Positions 51,038 through 60,839 of a stretch of 64,000 nt of DNA are shown here, in pieces. Source of the stretch: Nitrospinales bacterium. Lineage in GTDB: Bacteria; Nitrospinota; Nitrospinia; Nitrospinales; VA-1. Within the stretch, counting starts at the first letter, position 1. The number at the start of each line of letters is the position of its first letter. Location of the stretch: the NCBI GenBank assembly GCA_965262115.1, contig OZ253496.1:1376001-1440000 (forward strand), read 5' to 3'. The translations under genes and the position numbers were made by a program. Below the pieces are notes generated by a model. The model was not told the origin of the DNA. It saw only the letters and a list, made by a program, of their open reading frames with translations, and made no database searches.

Positions 51038-51297
51038 GAATGAGACCGTTCCATTTCCGCTTCGACAAATACTTCGAGATAACTCAAACCCACTCTCGAA
51101 GATTGCCGGGTGTTCTGCCTGTCAAATTCGACGACCCCGTTCTCAATGCCGCGACAAACCACATTGACCGGAATGCCCCGGCTCTCCCATTGCTGAATCA
51201 AATCGTAATCAGTGGCGGAAAGTGCCAAGCCAGAATCTTTCAGGGCAAGAAAAAACTGTTCAACAGTGACAAGATAGTTTTGGTTTTCAAGATTCAC
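51034..51297 (-). CDS. Small conserved protein coupled to the DnaC-like gene
   Basis: LSATD...I..W...GIP..VV..GI...LSY pattern; ATGA overlap with the ATPase gene. Confidence 0.6.
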   Translation of the reverse strand: MNLENQNYLVTVEQFFLALKDSGLALSATDYDLIQQWESRGIPVNVVCRGIENGVVEFDRQNTRQSSRVGLSYLEVFVEAEMERSHS

Positions 51298-51357
51298 GAA
51301 ATTAATGAAATAAAGGAAAGAATTTTATCCATATCAGCCCCCCCCTCATCCTGGCCT

Positions 51358-51661
51358 TACCCTTGCGGGGCACGAATTGATCTTCCCCTCTCATGAGGGG
51401 AGGCAAGGCGTAGCCGCGGAGGGGTGTGGATTATTTTTACGGAATTCATAATCCAACCCTCCCCTGGCCCCTCCCTATGAAGGGAGGGGGGATTTCTGCT
51501 TCCGCCTTTCTCAAAGTACCCCTGCGGGGCATGAAGGCAAAGGTAAAATATCACGTCTTCATCGCGTGCGCTCTTCAGAATGACAAATAGCCTTGTATTG
51601 TCATTCTGAACGCAGTGAAGAATCTCGCTTTTCTGTTTTTTTCGACTTATGCAAAGGTCTC
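51358..51661. repeat. Composite repeat island
   Basis: Hairpin repeat 51377-51510, mini-element 51517-51554, GTCATTCTGAACG module and MITE right TIR. Confidence 0.82.
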
Positions 51662-51726
51662 TTGAAAGGAGAGGATCAGGGTGATTCAAGAGTGCTTTGC
51701 AATTTGCTTCTCACGCTATCAGGTAG

Positions 51727-52440
51727 TTACCCCTTAATGTCCAGGATGGTGCCCAGCAATTCGTCATTCGCTTTAATGACATTGACGCTGGCTTTAAACG
51801 CCGCCTTCGCTACGATCTGATCGACGATCTCCTCGGTGATGTCGACGTTGGAACCTTCGAGAAAGCCGGAACACACCGTGCCCAGTCCGCCTGCTCCCGG
51901 GTTGCCAGCCACCGGCGCACCGGAGGCAGCCGATTCGTTGAACAGGTTCCCGCCTGCGGCAGTTAACCCTGATGGATTCTGAAAATTAGCCAGGGTGATC
52001 TGGCCGGAGACCTCAGGCTGTCCACCTACCTGCGCAGAAACCTGTCCAGTGGCATCGACACTGATTCCAGTATTGTTTCCCGGAATATTGATCGCCGGGA
52101 CCAAGGCGTTGCCACTGGCATCAACAATATTCCCCGCGCCGTCTTGTTTGAAACTACCCGAGCGGGTGAATCTGGTGCCGCCGTTTGGATTCGTCACCTG
52201 AAAAAAACCATTGCCATCAATGGCAAAATCGAGGGGGTTGCCAGTCGGAATCAGTCCGCCATGAGTATTGGATCTGGAAATATCGCTGACCCGGGTGCCG
52301 CCCGATTTTAGTTCGACACTGTTGACATCGCTTTTCTTGAATCCGGCGGTGTTGATGTTGGTAATGTTGTTGGTGCTGTTTTGCAGCCTTTGGGACGCGT
52401 TTTTCAATCCCGTTAACGCGTTGAATATAGGACCTAACAT
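51727..52440 (-). CDS. Flagellar rod/hook family protein (FlgG/FlgE-like), isolated from other flagellar genes
   Basis: NNITNINTAGFK, TGNPLDFAIDGNGFF, TRSGSF and LEGSNVD motifs. Confidence 0.88.
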   Translation of the reverse strand: MLGPIFNALTGLKNASQRLQNSTNNITNINTAGFKKSDVNSVELKSGGTRVSDISRSNTHGGLIPTGNPLDFAIDGNGFFQVTNPNGGTRFTRSGSFKQDGAGNIVDASGNALVPAINIPGNNTGISVDATGQVSAQVGGQPEVSGQITLANFQNPSGLTAAGGNLFNESAASGAPVAGNPGAGGLGTVCSGFLEGSNVDITEEIVDQIVAKAAFKASVNVIKANDELLGTILDIKG

Positions 52441-52471
52441 GGCTTAAATCCTCCTTAAACCCTTATCCCAA

Positions 52472-53005
52472 TCAATATAGGACTTCTGCAGAATCTTTCA
52501 AGGCCGCCGGATTTGCCAATGGCAATTGTGCCAATGGCAAATTTTTCAACGGTAATAATGAAAGGCTCATCGCCGTTTCATCGCAATTGTCTTTATGCAG
52601 GCAAGCCTGGCAATCGTTCCACACCTTCTGCGGCAGTTGCATTTTATCGACCACTTCAAATCCGAACCGGGTGAACAGCGGCACCGCATAAGTGAGAACA
52701 AAGGCCGTGTCGCAGTCGTCCCGCAACAAAGCCCGTTCCACACTGCCTTGAATCATCTCGGTGGCAATGCCCTGCCGGTGATAGCGCGGGTCGACACCGA
52801 GTGAGCGAATCTCCACAAGGCGGTCCCAACCAAATTTCAGGCTACAGATGCCGATGATTTCATTGTGTTTCTCGTAGACCAGAAAATCGGCAATGTTCTG
52901 TTCAATTTCTGCCAACGCGCGGAACAACATTTTACCGTCTTCGGAATAGCAACAGATCAAATTCTGGATGGCCTGCGCATCCTCATATTTAGCTTCTCGT
53001 AACAT
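52472..53005 (-). CDS. GNAT N-acetyltransferase (short ArgA-like)
   Basis: MLFR, EIRSLGV...QGIA, FVLTY and LPQKVWNDC..C....CDE motifs. Confidence 0.8.
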   Translation of the reverse strand: MLREAKYEDAQAIQNLICCYSEDGKMLFRALAEIEQNIADFLVYEKHNEIIGICSLKFGWDRLVEIRSLGVDPRYHRQGIATEMIQGSVERALLRDDCDTAFVLTYAVPLFTRFGFEVVDKMQLPQKVWNDCQACLHKDNCDETAMSLSLLPLKNLPLAQLPLANPAALKDSAEVLY

Positions 53006-53290
53006 ATATAACTTTTCGTAATATACAAGGAACCTTAATAAAAAAAAACCCGCCACTCGGCGCCACTGGCCGTGGGGGCAGTGAAAAATCATTTACCGTT
53101 GAAATATCGATCGATGATTAAAAAAACTTTTTTCCGGGAACCGGGAACCGGGAACGGTGACTGGTCAGTATAAGGGAGATTGCGAATTTAGTCAATGACA
53201 ATTAACAGAGGGGAACCCTTCTAACTACTGAATATTGCTGATAAAAGGGGATTGAATCAGATGAGAAAGATGGAGATATTGCGAGTTACT

Positions 53291-53698
53291 TTATTTTTGG
53301 TGCTTTTTCAACTGGCCCTTTTCGTTAAAACTCCAATCAATTGTCCAGATATCGGAATTCTTCCCTTCTTTAACGGCTTTTTCAATTTTAGACCACCAAA
53401 ATAAAATAAATGCCGCCTGTACGTGAGCTAATGATTCTGCCCACTTTTTAGGAAGGAGAACTACTTGAAGACCAGTTGCTTGAATTGCTTTTCTTTGGTG
53501 GCCTTTAGTGAATCCTCGGTCTGCTGTTAAAATAGCCGTACCGTTATCTTTTCGAAATGCTGTTGCCCAGCTAACATCAGGATGGCCACGTTGACCTTTT
53601 TCTTCAACGTGAGAAAGTTCCACTCCTTCTTTTAATCCCACTTCCCGTATTGCTTTAATAACCTTTATTGAAACATGCTCATCTGCACGAATTTTCAC
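53291..53698 (-). CDS. PIN-like domain toxin (VapC45/DUF5615-like)
   Basis: IRADEH, PDVSW and ILTAD motifs; overlaps the upstream DUF433 gene. Confidence 0.7.
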   Translation of the reverse strand: MKIRADEHVSIKVIKAIREVGLKEGVELSHVEEKGQRGHPDVSWATAFRKDNGTAILTADRGFTKGHQRKAIQATGLQVVLLPKKWAESLAHVQAAFILFWWSKIEKAVKEGKNSDIWTIDWSFNEKGQLKKHQK

Positions 53699-54405
53699 GC
53701 AACCAATCTTTGCTCAAATTTGACAGCTTGTTTTGCTAAAGATGGATTTACTCCAAACCAATTTCCTACTGTTTTAAAGTTTTTCTCCGCCTTCCAAAGA
53801 TTGAATAAAGCACTTGTTGGGACATGTTTTCTTGATACCGTTGGATGCCCGTATGCAAATCGAGGATTAACAATAATATTGGGAAATTCCTTAGGAATTG
53901 GAATCCAACTTTTTGGAAGCCCTGTATCCATGTTAAAAGTTATTCCCTCTTCCAGGAACCGCTCCCACGCTTGATAAATATTGAACTGTTTTGTTACTAG
54001 ATTTAGAAGAATATCATCTCCAGCTTCTTTGGCGGAATGTAAAAATATATCTCTACGGTCCGTCACTAGTTTGGTGTTAGTAGAAAATGGATGGTCAACG
54101 TTTAATTCTTTTCGTAAATTAAACGCTGCCTTTCTTAGGGCTTGAAGAGAAACTCCTTTATCTCGAAAATAATTTATAGATCTTGCTTCCATTAAATCGA
54201 AAAAACCTAACGTTTGTTGCCCATCAATCACTTCATACTGTCTAATTATTAATGGTGCCATATCCGTTGGATGTTCCGTCAGCCAATGGCTTAATTTTCC
54301 TGGAAATTTAATATGTAAAAGCCGTCCTGCCTCTGCAGCGGAATAAAATCCACCAGACATTGGGTCATTTATTTCTATTTTTCTTTTTATTTTTTTTGAT
54401 TTCAT
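53695..54405 (-). CDS. HTH + DUF433 antitoxin (VapB45-like)
   Basis: YSAAEAGRLL, F.DLME, HPF and IIVNPRFAYGHPTV...VPT motifs. Confidence 0.8.
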   Translation of the reverse strand: MKSKKIKRKIEINDPMSGGFYSAAEAGRLLHIKFPGKLSHWLTEHPTDMAPLIIRQYEVIDGQQTLGFFDLMEARSINYFRDKGVSLQALRKAAFNLRKELNVDHPFSTNTKLVTDRRDIFLHSAKEAGDDILLNLVTKQFNIYQAWERFLEEGITFNMDTGLPKSWIPIPKEFPNIIVNPRFAYGHPTVSRKHVPTSALFNLWKAEKNFKTVGNWFGVNPSLAKQAVKFEQRLVA

Positions 54406-54622
54406 TCGGAATGATTTATCTTTTGATTATTCTTAAATTCTCTTTTTAATTTTAGGCTATCTATAAAAATACTCAATAGCATTCAAGAAAAAAAATTCTG
54501 AAGGCATGGCCATATTTTATACCTTTGAAAACAAAGGTATTAAGAATTTTTAAGCTGGCGATAACAACCACGCTTTTCACCATTACCCTGCAAAACCTAG
54601 TATTTGATCGCTGGCCCTCTGC

Positions 54623-55354
54623 CTAGGAGTTGACAACCAGTTGGTCTTTGAGTTGGTCGATGAGGAGGATGTTGTTGATGGAGATGGAAACTTTGTCGGC
54701 CATGCGTTCGAGAAACTCGGTGCTGAGTCCGTCATGAAAGTGAAAGGGATTGGGGCTGCCAAAGGCAATCGCCCCGACCATGACATCCTGCGCCATGATG
54801 GGAATCAACGCTTCTGATTTAATGCTGTCATTATTAGCGAACAGTTCGGAGTCTTTGATCTCACTGCGAAGGATGGGTTTGAGTCCCTTTTCAAACCAGC
54901 TCTCAGCCGTTTCCTGGCAAATGAATTTCACTGTTTCGTCGAGGGTGCCGTTATAGCGCTGCCGCAACCGGTCTTCCATACAAGGGTCGGAGCCTTTCAC
55001 CAGACAAACTTTGACATTGGGAATGCCAAACCGGTTGGGAATTTCTTTTTGTAGTTGATGGACCATTTGGTCGAGGTTGGTGCTGGTCAATACCAGTCTT
55101 TCGATTTCAAACAAGTGATCCTGAATTTTTTCATTGGCGCGGGAAATTTCGAACAACCATTCCAGCTTGCTTTTAAGATGTTCTTTATCATCGTGAACCC
55201 GCTTGATGACCCGGTCCGCCAGACTCAACGTCGTCATGGGCTCGATAGGAAGGTCTTCGTCTTTAATATCTTTTATCTTTTTCAGCAGTTCCGGGTATTC
55301 GTTGAAAAACTCGAGGTGCTCATTAAGATAGATAGCGATCTGGTCTTTATTCAT
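54623..55354 (-). CDS. DUF484 family protein (GAF-like)
   Basis: IAIYLNEHLEFF, ANEKI, S.ALIP and GS.NP.HF..G..TEFL motifs. Confidence 0.75.
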   Translation of the reverse strand: MNKDQIAIYLNEHLEFFNEYPELLKKIKDIKDEDLPIEPMTTLSLADRVIKRVHDDKEHLKSKLEWLFEISRANEKIQDHLFEIERLVLTSTNLDQMVHQLQKEIPNRFGIPNVKVCLVKGSDPCMEDRLRQRYNGTLDETVKFICQETAESWFEKGLKPILRSEIKDSELFANNDSIKSEALIPIMAQDVMVGAIAFGSPNPFHFHDGLSTEFLERMADKVSISINNILLIDQLKDQLVVNS

Positions 55355-55494
55355 GAAGTATTCCTATTCGAGTATGTTGAAAAAGGACTCAATATACCAC
55401 AGAACTCGCCGACCTAACAAACATAAAATACATAAAATCAATAAGTTATAGGATTACCGGAACGTGGAGTGCCTCCCTCGTGTGAAATTTTTCC

Positions 55495-58400
55495 TTAGTT
55501 TTCATGCCTCGGAGGGGTATTAGAGGGGGTGTGGAACCACTTATATAAGGTGGGCAGGACCACCAGTGTCAACGCGGTCGAGGAGAGGATGCCGCCGATC
55601 ACCACCGTTGCCAGCGGACGTTGCACTTCGGCGCCGGTTCCCGTTGCCAGAGCCATGGGGATGAATCCCAACGAAGCGACCAGTGCCGTCATCAAAACCG
55701 GACGAAGACGCGTGAGTGACCCTTGTCGAATGGCATCATCCAGGGGAACCCCCTGGTCGCGCAGGTTGCCGATGAACGAAATCATCATCATACCGTTCAG
55801 CACCGCGACTCCCGACAGAGCAATAAAGCCCACCGCCGCCGAAATCGATAAGGGAATTCCCCGCAGCCATAGGGAGAGGAATCCGCCAGTGAGCGCCAGG
55901 GGCACTCCGGTAAAAACCAGCAGAGCGTTGGCGTTGGAACCGAACGCCGCAAACAGTAATAAGTAAATCAGCACAAGGGTCAGGGGAATCACCACCCACA
56001 ATCTTTGCGCTGCGGAAATCAGGTGCTCGAACTGACCTCCCCACTCGATCCAATAACCCGGCTCGGCTTTGAGGTTAAGGGCGCTTTGTGCCTCTGCAAC
56101 AAAAGAACCCAGGTCGCGGCCCCTTACATTAGCGGTCACCACCACACGGCGCTTGGCGTTTTCGCGGCTGATCTGATTCGGCCCCTTGATAACTTTAAAT
56201 TCCGCGATCGTTCCGAGTGGTATGAATTTGGGGAAATGTGAACTCGTCCCCGAATGCGCTTCTTCGTCCTGAGCTAACAGGATGGTAATCTCTTTGAGCA
56301 AATCCATATTTTCGCGGATGTCTTCCGGCAAGCGCACGATGAGGTCAGACCTTTGGTCTCCTTCAAAAACCTGTCCGGCCTTTTTTCCTCCAATGGCGAT
56401 TTGGACGACTTCCTGAACATCGGCGGCGTTGATCCCCAACCGGGCCATTGCAGGGCGGTCCATCTCTACCGTAAGAACCGGGAGTCCGGTCACCTGTTCG
56501 ACTTTCACATCGGACGCGCCGGGGATATCAGCCAGAACATGTTCGACCTCATAGGCCAGGACCAGCAGCTTGTCCAGATCATCGCCAAAAATTTTAACCG
56601 CCACATCACTGCGCACGCCCGAAATCAATTCATTAAACCGCATCTCAATCGGCTGGGTGATTTCATATTTGTTACCGGGCACTTCGGCCAACTTCTTTTC
56701 CAGATCCCGCACCAGAGCTGATTTTTCTCTTGTGGGGTCACTCCATTCAGAACGGGGTTTCACTATCACAAACACATCGGCCACACTGGGTGGCATCGGG
56801 TCGGTGGCAATGTCCGCCGTGCCGATCTTCGCAAAAACATAATCCACTTCCGGCAGTTCTTTTATTTTTTTCTCCAGCGTGTCCTGCATGGAAACGGCTT
56901 GAGAAATACTGGTACCGGGAACCCGAAGGGCGTGAACGGCGAAATCCCCTTCATCCAGAGTCGGGAGAAACTCGCTGCCCAATTTCTGGATCAATAAAAT
57001 ACTGAGCACAACCAGAACCCCGGCAAAGGCGATCACCGAGGCGCGATTCCTGGCGGTGACGTCCAGCAGGAAAGAATAAAACCGGTCCGCGCCTTTTAAA
57101 ATGATGCTCTCCTTTTCAGAGATGGAAGAAGATGCAAACTGAGCCATCATCGCCGGAACAAAAGTGATCGAAAGAATCAATGCTCCGGCAAGAGCCATCA
57201 ACACGGTGAAAGCCATGGGCTGAAACATTTTGCCTTCGATTCCAGTCAGGGTGAGTATGGGCAGATAAACGATCATGATGATGAACACCCCGAAGATGCT
57301 GGGGCGGGAAACTTCGCAGGCAGAACTTTGCACAATGTCAAAGCGTTCCTGCTGATTTAATATTCGCCCCAACTGTTTTTGTTTCTCGGTAAGGCGGCGA
57401 CTGCAGTTTTCCACAATGATCACCGCACCATCGACGATGATGCCAAAATCAATAGCGCCCAGGCTCAACAGGTTGCCACTGACCCGGTTGCTCACCATCC
57501 CCGTTACCGCAAACAACATGGAAAGGGGAATCACCAGCGCCGTGATCACCGCCGCGCGGAAATTGCCCAGCAACAAAAATAAAACGGCGACAACCAGAAG
57601 CGCTCCTTCCAGAAGGTTGTCACGGACGGTTTTGAGAGTGGCGTTAACCAGATGGGTACGGTCATAAACGGTTTGTGCCACCACGCCTTCGGGCAAAGTC
57701 TGGTTGATCAATTTCATTTTCTCGGCAACCCTTAATGAAACCGTTCTACTGTTTTCTCCCTTAAGCATGAACACAGTACCCAGCACCACTTCCCAGCCAT
57801 TTTTGGTTGCGGCTCCCGTCCTCAACTCCTTGCCCAGGTCCACGTCTGCCACATCCTTAATATAAACAGGAACCCCTTGATGGGAACCGATGACAATATT
57901 TCTAATATCCTCCAGGCCCGATACCTGACCGGGGGTTCGCACAAGGTATTGCTGACCGCTATGCTCAATATAACCCGCACCAGTGTTTTGGTTGTTTCTG
58001 CTCAAAGCTTCGATGACATCTCTGAACGAAAAACCATAGGCGATCAGTTTTTGCGGGTCGGGCGACACCTGAAAATTTTTGACATATCCGCCGATGCTGT
58101 TGACCTCCGTCACCCCGGGAATGTTCATCAGTTGCGGCTTGATGATCCAGTCCTGAATGGTTCTCAGCTCAGAAGATGAATAGGGTTTGCGATTTTGGTC
58201 TTCGGCTTCCACCGACCACATGAAGATTTCCCCCAGTCCGGTAGCGATCGGACCCATAACCGGTTCCACGTTTTCAGGCAGGTGGCTTTTCACTTCCTGA
58301 ATTTTGGAATTGATCAATTGCCGGGCGAAAAATATATCTGTTCCATCCTCAAAAATCACCGTGACCTGGGAAAGGCCGTAGCGGGACAGCGAACGGGTGC

Positions 58401-58641
58401 GCTTCAATCGGGGCATGCCCGCCAGAGTGGTTTCAATCGGGAAGGTGATGCGCTGTTCGACTTCCAGCGGCGTGAAGCCCGGGGCCTCGGTATTGATCTG
58501 CACCTGAATATTGGTGACATCGGGAACCGCGTCAATAGGAAGGATTGTAAAATTATACCCACCCAGCGCGATGAGGGCCAAAGCCCCGGCAATCACAAAA
58601 AATCTTTGCCGAATGGAAAATGCGATAATTTTTTCTAACAT
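55495..58641 (-). CDS. czcA: Heavy-metal RND efflux pump (CzcA/CusA family)
   Basis: IDAVPDVTNIQVQINT, GAIDFGIIVDG, EGKMFQPMA, RLRPVLMTA and GAEVQRPLATVV motifs. Confidence 0.93.
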   Translation of the reverse strand: MLEKIIAFSIRQRFFVIAGALALIALGGYNFTILPIDAVPDVTNIQVQINTEAPGFTPLEVEQRITFPIETTLAGMPRLKRTRSLSRYGLSQVTVIFEDGTDIFFARQLINSKIQEVKSHLPENVEPVMGPIATGLGEIFMWSVEAEDQNRKPYSSSELRTIQDWIIKPQLMNIPGVTEVNSIGGYVKNFQVSPDPQKLIAYGFSFRDVIEALSRNNQNTGAGYIEHSGQQYLVRTPGQVSGLEDIRNIVIGSHQGVPVYIKDVADVDLGKELRTGAATKNGWEVVLGTVFMLKGENSRTVSLRVAEKMKLINQTLPEGVVAQTVYDRTHLVNATLKTVRDNLLEGALLVVAVLFLLLGNFRAAVITALVIPLSMLFAVTGMVSNRVSGNLLSLGAIDFGIIVDGAVIIVENCSRRLTEKQKQLGRILNQQERFDIVQSSACEVSRPSIFGVFIIMIVYLPILTLTGIEGKMFQPMAFTVLMALAGALILSITFVPAMMAQFASSSISEKESIILKGADRFYSFLLDVTARNRASVIAFAGVLVVLSILLIQKLGSEFLPTLDEGDFAVHALRVPGTSISQAVSMQDTLEKKIKELPEVDYVFAKIGTADIATDPMPPSVADVFVIVKPRSEWSDPTREKSALVRDLEKKLAEVPGNKYEITQPIEMRFNELISGVRSDVAVKIFGDDLDKLLVLAYEVEHVLADIPGASDVKVEQVTGLPVLTVEMDRPAMARLGINAADVQEVVQIAIGGKKAGQVFEGDQRSDLIVRLPEDIRENMDLLKEITILLAQDEEAHSGTSSHFPKFIPLGTIAEFKVIKGPNQISRENAKRRVVVTANVRGRDLGSFVAEAQSALNLKAEPGYWIEWGGQFEHLISAAQRLWVVIPLTLVLIYLLLFAAFGSNANALLVFTGVPLALTGGFLSLWLRGIPLSISAAVGFIALSGVAVLNGMMMISFIGNLRDQGVPLDDAIRQGSLTRLRPVLMTALVASLGFIPMALATGTGAEVQRPLATVVIGGILSSTALTLVVLPTLYKWFHTPSNTPPRHEN

Positions 58642-58675
58642 ATTTTTTTCCCTGATTCACATATTACATATGAGG

Positions 58676-59072
58676 TTGTAAATCCCCCCAGCCCCTCGTG
58701 ATATTTTACCTTTGCCTTCATGCCCGGCACGGGTATGTGATATTTTACCTTTGCCTTCATGCCCGGCACGGGTACTTTAAGAAAGGCGGAAGCAGAAATC
58801 CCCCCTCCCTTCATAGGGAGGGGCCAGGGGAGGGTTGGATTATGAATTCTGTCAAAAACAATCCACACCCCTCCGCGGCTACGCCTTGCCTCCCCTCATG
58901 AGAGGGGAGGATCAATGAGAATCTCGGATTACGCAAAGGTCCCTTTTGAGAAAAAGGGGGACAACCTGAAACCTTCTGGTTGTAAATCCCCCCAGCCCCT
59001 CGTGATATTGTTCCAAAGCCCTCGTGCGGGGCATGGAGGCTGATGTTAAATACCACAGGGGTCGGGGGGATT
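58676..59072. repeat. Composite repeat island inside the czc operon
   Basis: Two exact tandem mini-elements (58698-58774), a hairpin repeat and a MITE TIR; modules shared with 10461-10965. Confidence 0.85.
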
Positions 59073-59081
59073 TGCTTTTCC

Positions 59082-60839
59082 CTAGTGGCTGTGGGTGGCG
59101 CCAGACTTTTCAATCTCGGCCTTCACCGCATAACTGTTTTTTGCCACATACTGTTCTCCGGCTTTCAAACCCTGCAGAACTTCCACCCGGCTACCATCGT
59201 TTTCTCCAAGCTCCAGAGGCCGTGCTTCCAGTTGAGATCCGTATTTGACAAAGACCACCGACCAGTAGCGGAAACTTTGAATGGCATCCGGTTCCACCAC
59301 CACAGGAACCCTGCGTTCGTCGAGGACCAGTTTCACCGTGACATAACCGCCGGGACGCAAATCGCGCTTCATATTGGGAATCACGACACGCCCTGTCGCC
59401 GTTCGCGTTTTTTCATCAATGATCGAACTGAGATAAGACAATTTCGCCTGCAGGGTCTTGGGTCCCTCCTCAAAGATCACTTTTTGCCCGAGGCGAACTT
59501 TTTTGAGTTCCTTTTCCGGAATGGCAAAATTCACCCAGACCTCTGAAAGATCGGCCAGGAGAAAAATGTCATCATCCTTTTTGACCGCCTCTCCGGTGGT
59601 TAGATGTTTCTGGATCACCGTACCGTCTAAAGTAGCGCGCAGTTCATACCGGGTGAAATGCTGTTCATCCTGTTCCAGCAAATAATCCACTTCCTCCGGG
59701 GCCAGTCCCAATGCCAGCAGTTTTTGGTTGGCGGTTTTCAGATTAAGCTGGTCGATCTCCAGAGTTTTTTTCTTTTGCCGGAGAGACCACGCGCCATCGT
59801 AGGAAATTTTTTCACGCAAAGCGATATAACGAGCCTCGGTGCTTTTGTAATTTTCCAAAGCGACTAAATATTCCGATTCGGATGAGATGCCCTTTTCCAG
59901 CAATCCTTTTTCACGCAGGTGAATGGACTTTGCCAGCTGTAATTTGGCAGAGGCGGGAATGAGCAGTTCGCGGCTTTTTCCGATCACCAGGTCTTTAAGC
60001 TGACGATAAATTTCTTCCGGGTCCAAATCCTGCTCAAGCAGATCCAGCATGCGCTGGGTGTTTTCGAAGACCTGTGTTTCCCGGTCCAGGTCTGCCCTCG
60101 CCATGCCAGCCTGCTTGGTGTTGGTCAGGTAATCGATCTTCGCGTCGGCCAGTTCCCGGCTTTCCAGTATGGCGATGACCTCACCACGGGAAACCTGATC
60201 TCCCAAATCTTTAAATACTTTTTTAACCACTCCATCAACCCTTGGAACGATGTGGACCACCTTTTCCTCGTTGAGTCCGATCTCGCCCGGCAAACGTATC
60301 GTTGTCACCAGTTTTTCCGGCCCGGCTTTTTTAAAAACCAGTCCCGCGTTTTGAATCGCCTCTGGGGAAAATTCTGCCCGGCCTTCAATTTGAGAAAGTT
60401 GCCACTGAAAGTTTTGCCCTTTCCATTTTGCGTTGACAATCATTTCAAAAGAATGCGGCTCGGCAACCACCTGGTCTCCCAGCAAATAATCTCCCGAAGG
60501 TTTAAAGCCAATGGTGTCGGTCCTATCCAACCTCTTTAAAACGATATTCAAATTAATCTCGTTAAGGTTGACAGGTTCACTAGAAGTTATATAGACCCTG
60601 AATTGTGGCGGAATACCGTCTTCAAAAATTTTTACCTCCACCTGAAAATCCTGTTCGGCAAACAACCAACCGCCGTGTTTTCCCCTTTGAACAGAGGGAT
60701 CACCATTCTTACCCTGAGCGTGCGATGAGTCCGGCTCATCAAGCCCGGGCTTTGCCTTATCCATATTTAAAATGCCCCAGGCCAGAACCGCTCCTACAAC
60801 CAGAATGGCAATAGCGCCGAAAGAAATCTTTCTGTTCAT
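59082..60839 (-). CDS. czcB: RND membrane fusion protein (CzcB-like)
   Basis: HGG N-terminal domain, IVPRVDGVV, ADLSEVWV, IDEKTRT and GLKAGE motifs; His-containing C-terminus. Confidence 0.88.
   Translation of the reverse strand: MNRKISFGAIAILVVGAVLAWGILNMDKAKPGLDEPDSSHAQGKNGDPSVQRGKHGGWLFAEQDFQVEVKIFEDGIPPQFRVYITSSEPVNLNEINLNIVLKRLDRTDTIGFKPSGDYLLGDQVVAEPHSFEMIVNAKWKGQNFQWQLSQIEGRAEFSPEAIQNAGLVFKKAGPEKLVTTIRLPGEIGLNEEKVVHIVPRVDGVVKKVFKDLGDQVSRGEVIAILESRELADAKIDYLTNTKQAGMARADLDRETQVFENTQRMLDLLEQDLDPEEIYRQLKDLVIGKSRELLIPASAKLQLAKSIHLREKGLLEKGISSESEYLVALENYKSTEARYIALREKISYDGAWSLRQKKKTLEIDQLNLKTANQKLLALGLAPEEVDYLLEQDEQHFTRYELRATLDGTVIQKHLTTGEAVKKDDDIFLLADLSEVWVNFAIPEKELKKVRLGQKVIFEEGPKTLQAKLSYLSSIIDEKTRTATGRVVIPNMKRDLRPGGYVTVKLVLDERRVPVVVEPDAIQSFRYWSVVFVKYGSQLEARPLELGENDGSRVEVLQGLKAGEQYVAKNSYAVKAEIEKSGATHSH

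Noticed and set aside
49476..51297. Prophage
   Set aside because: No structural, terminase, integrase or Mu transposase genes; only isolated phage-related domains.
53133..53156. CCGGGAA x3 short tandem repeat
   Set aside because: Too short and intergenic to support a contingency-locus claim.
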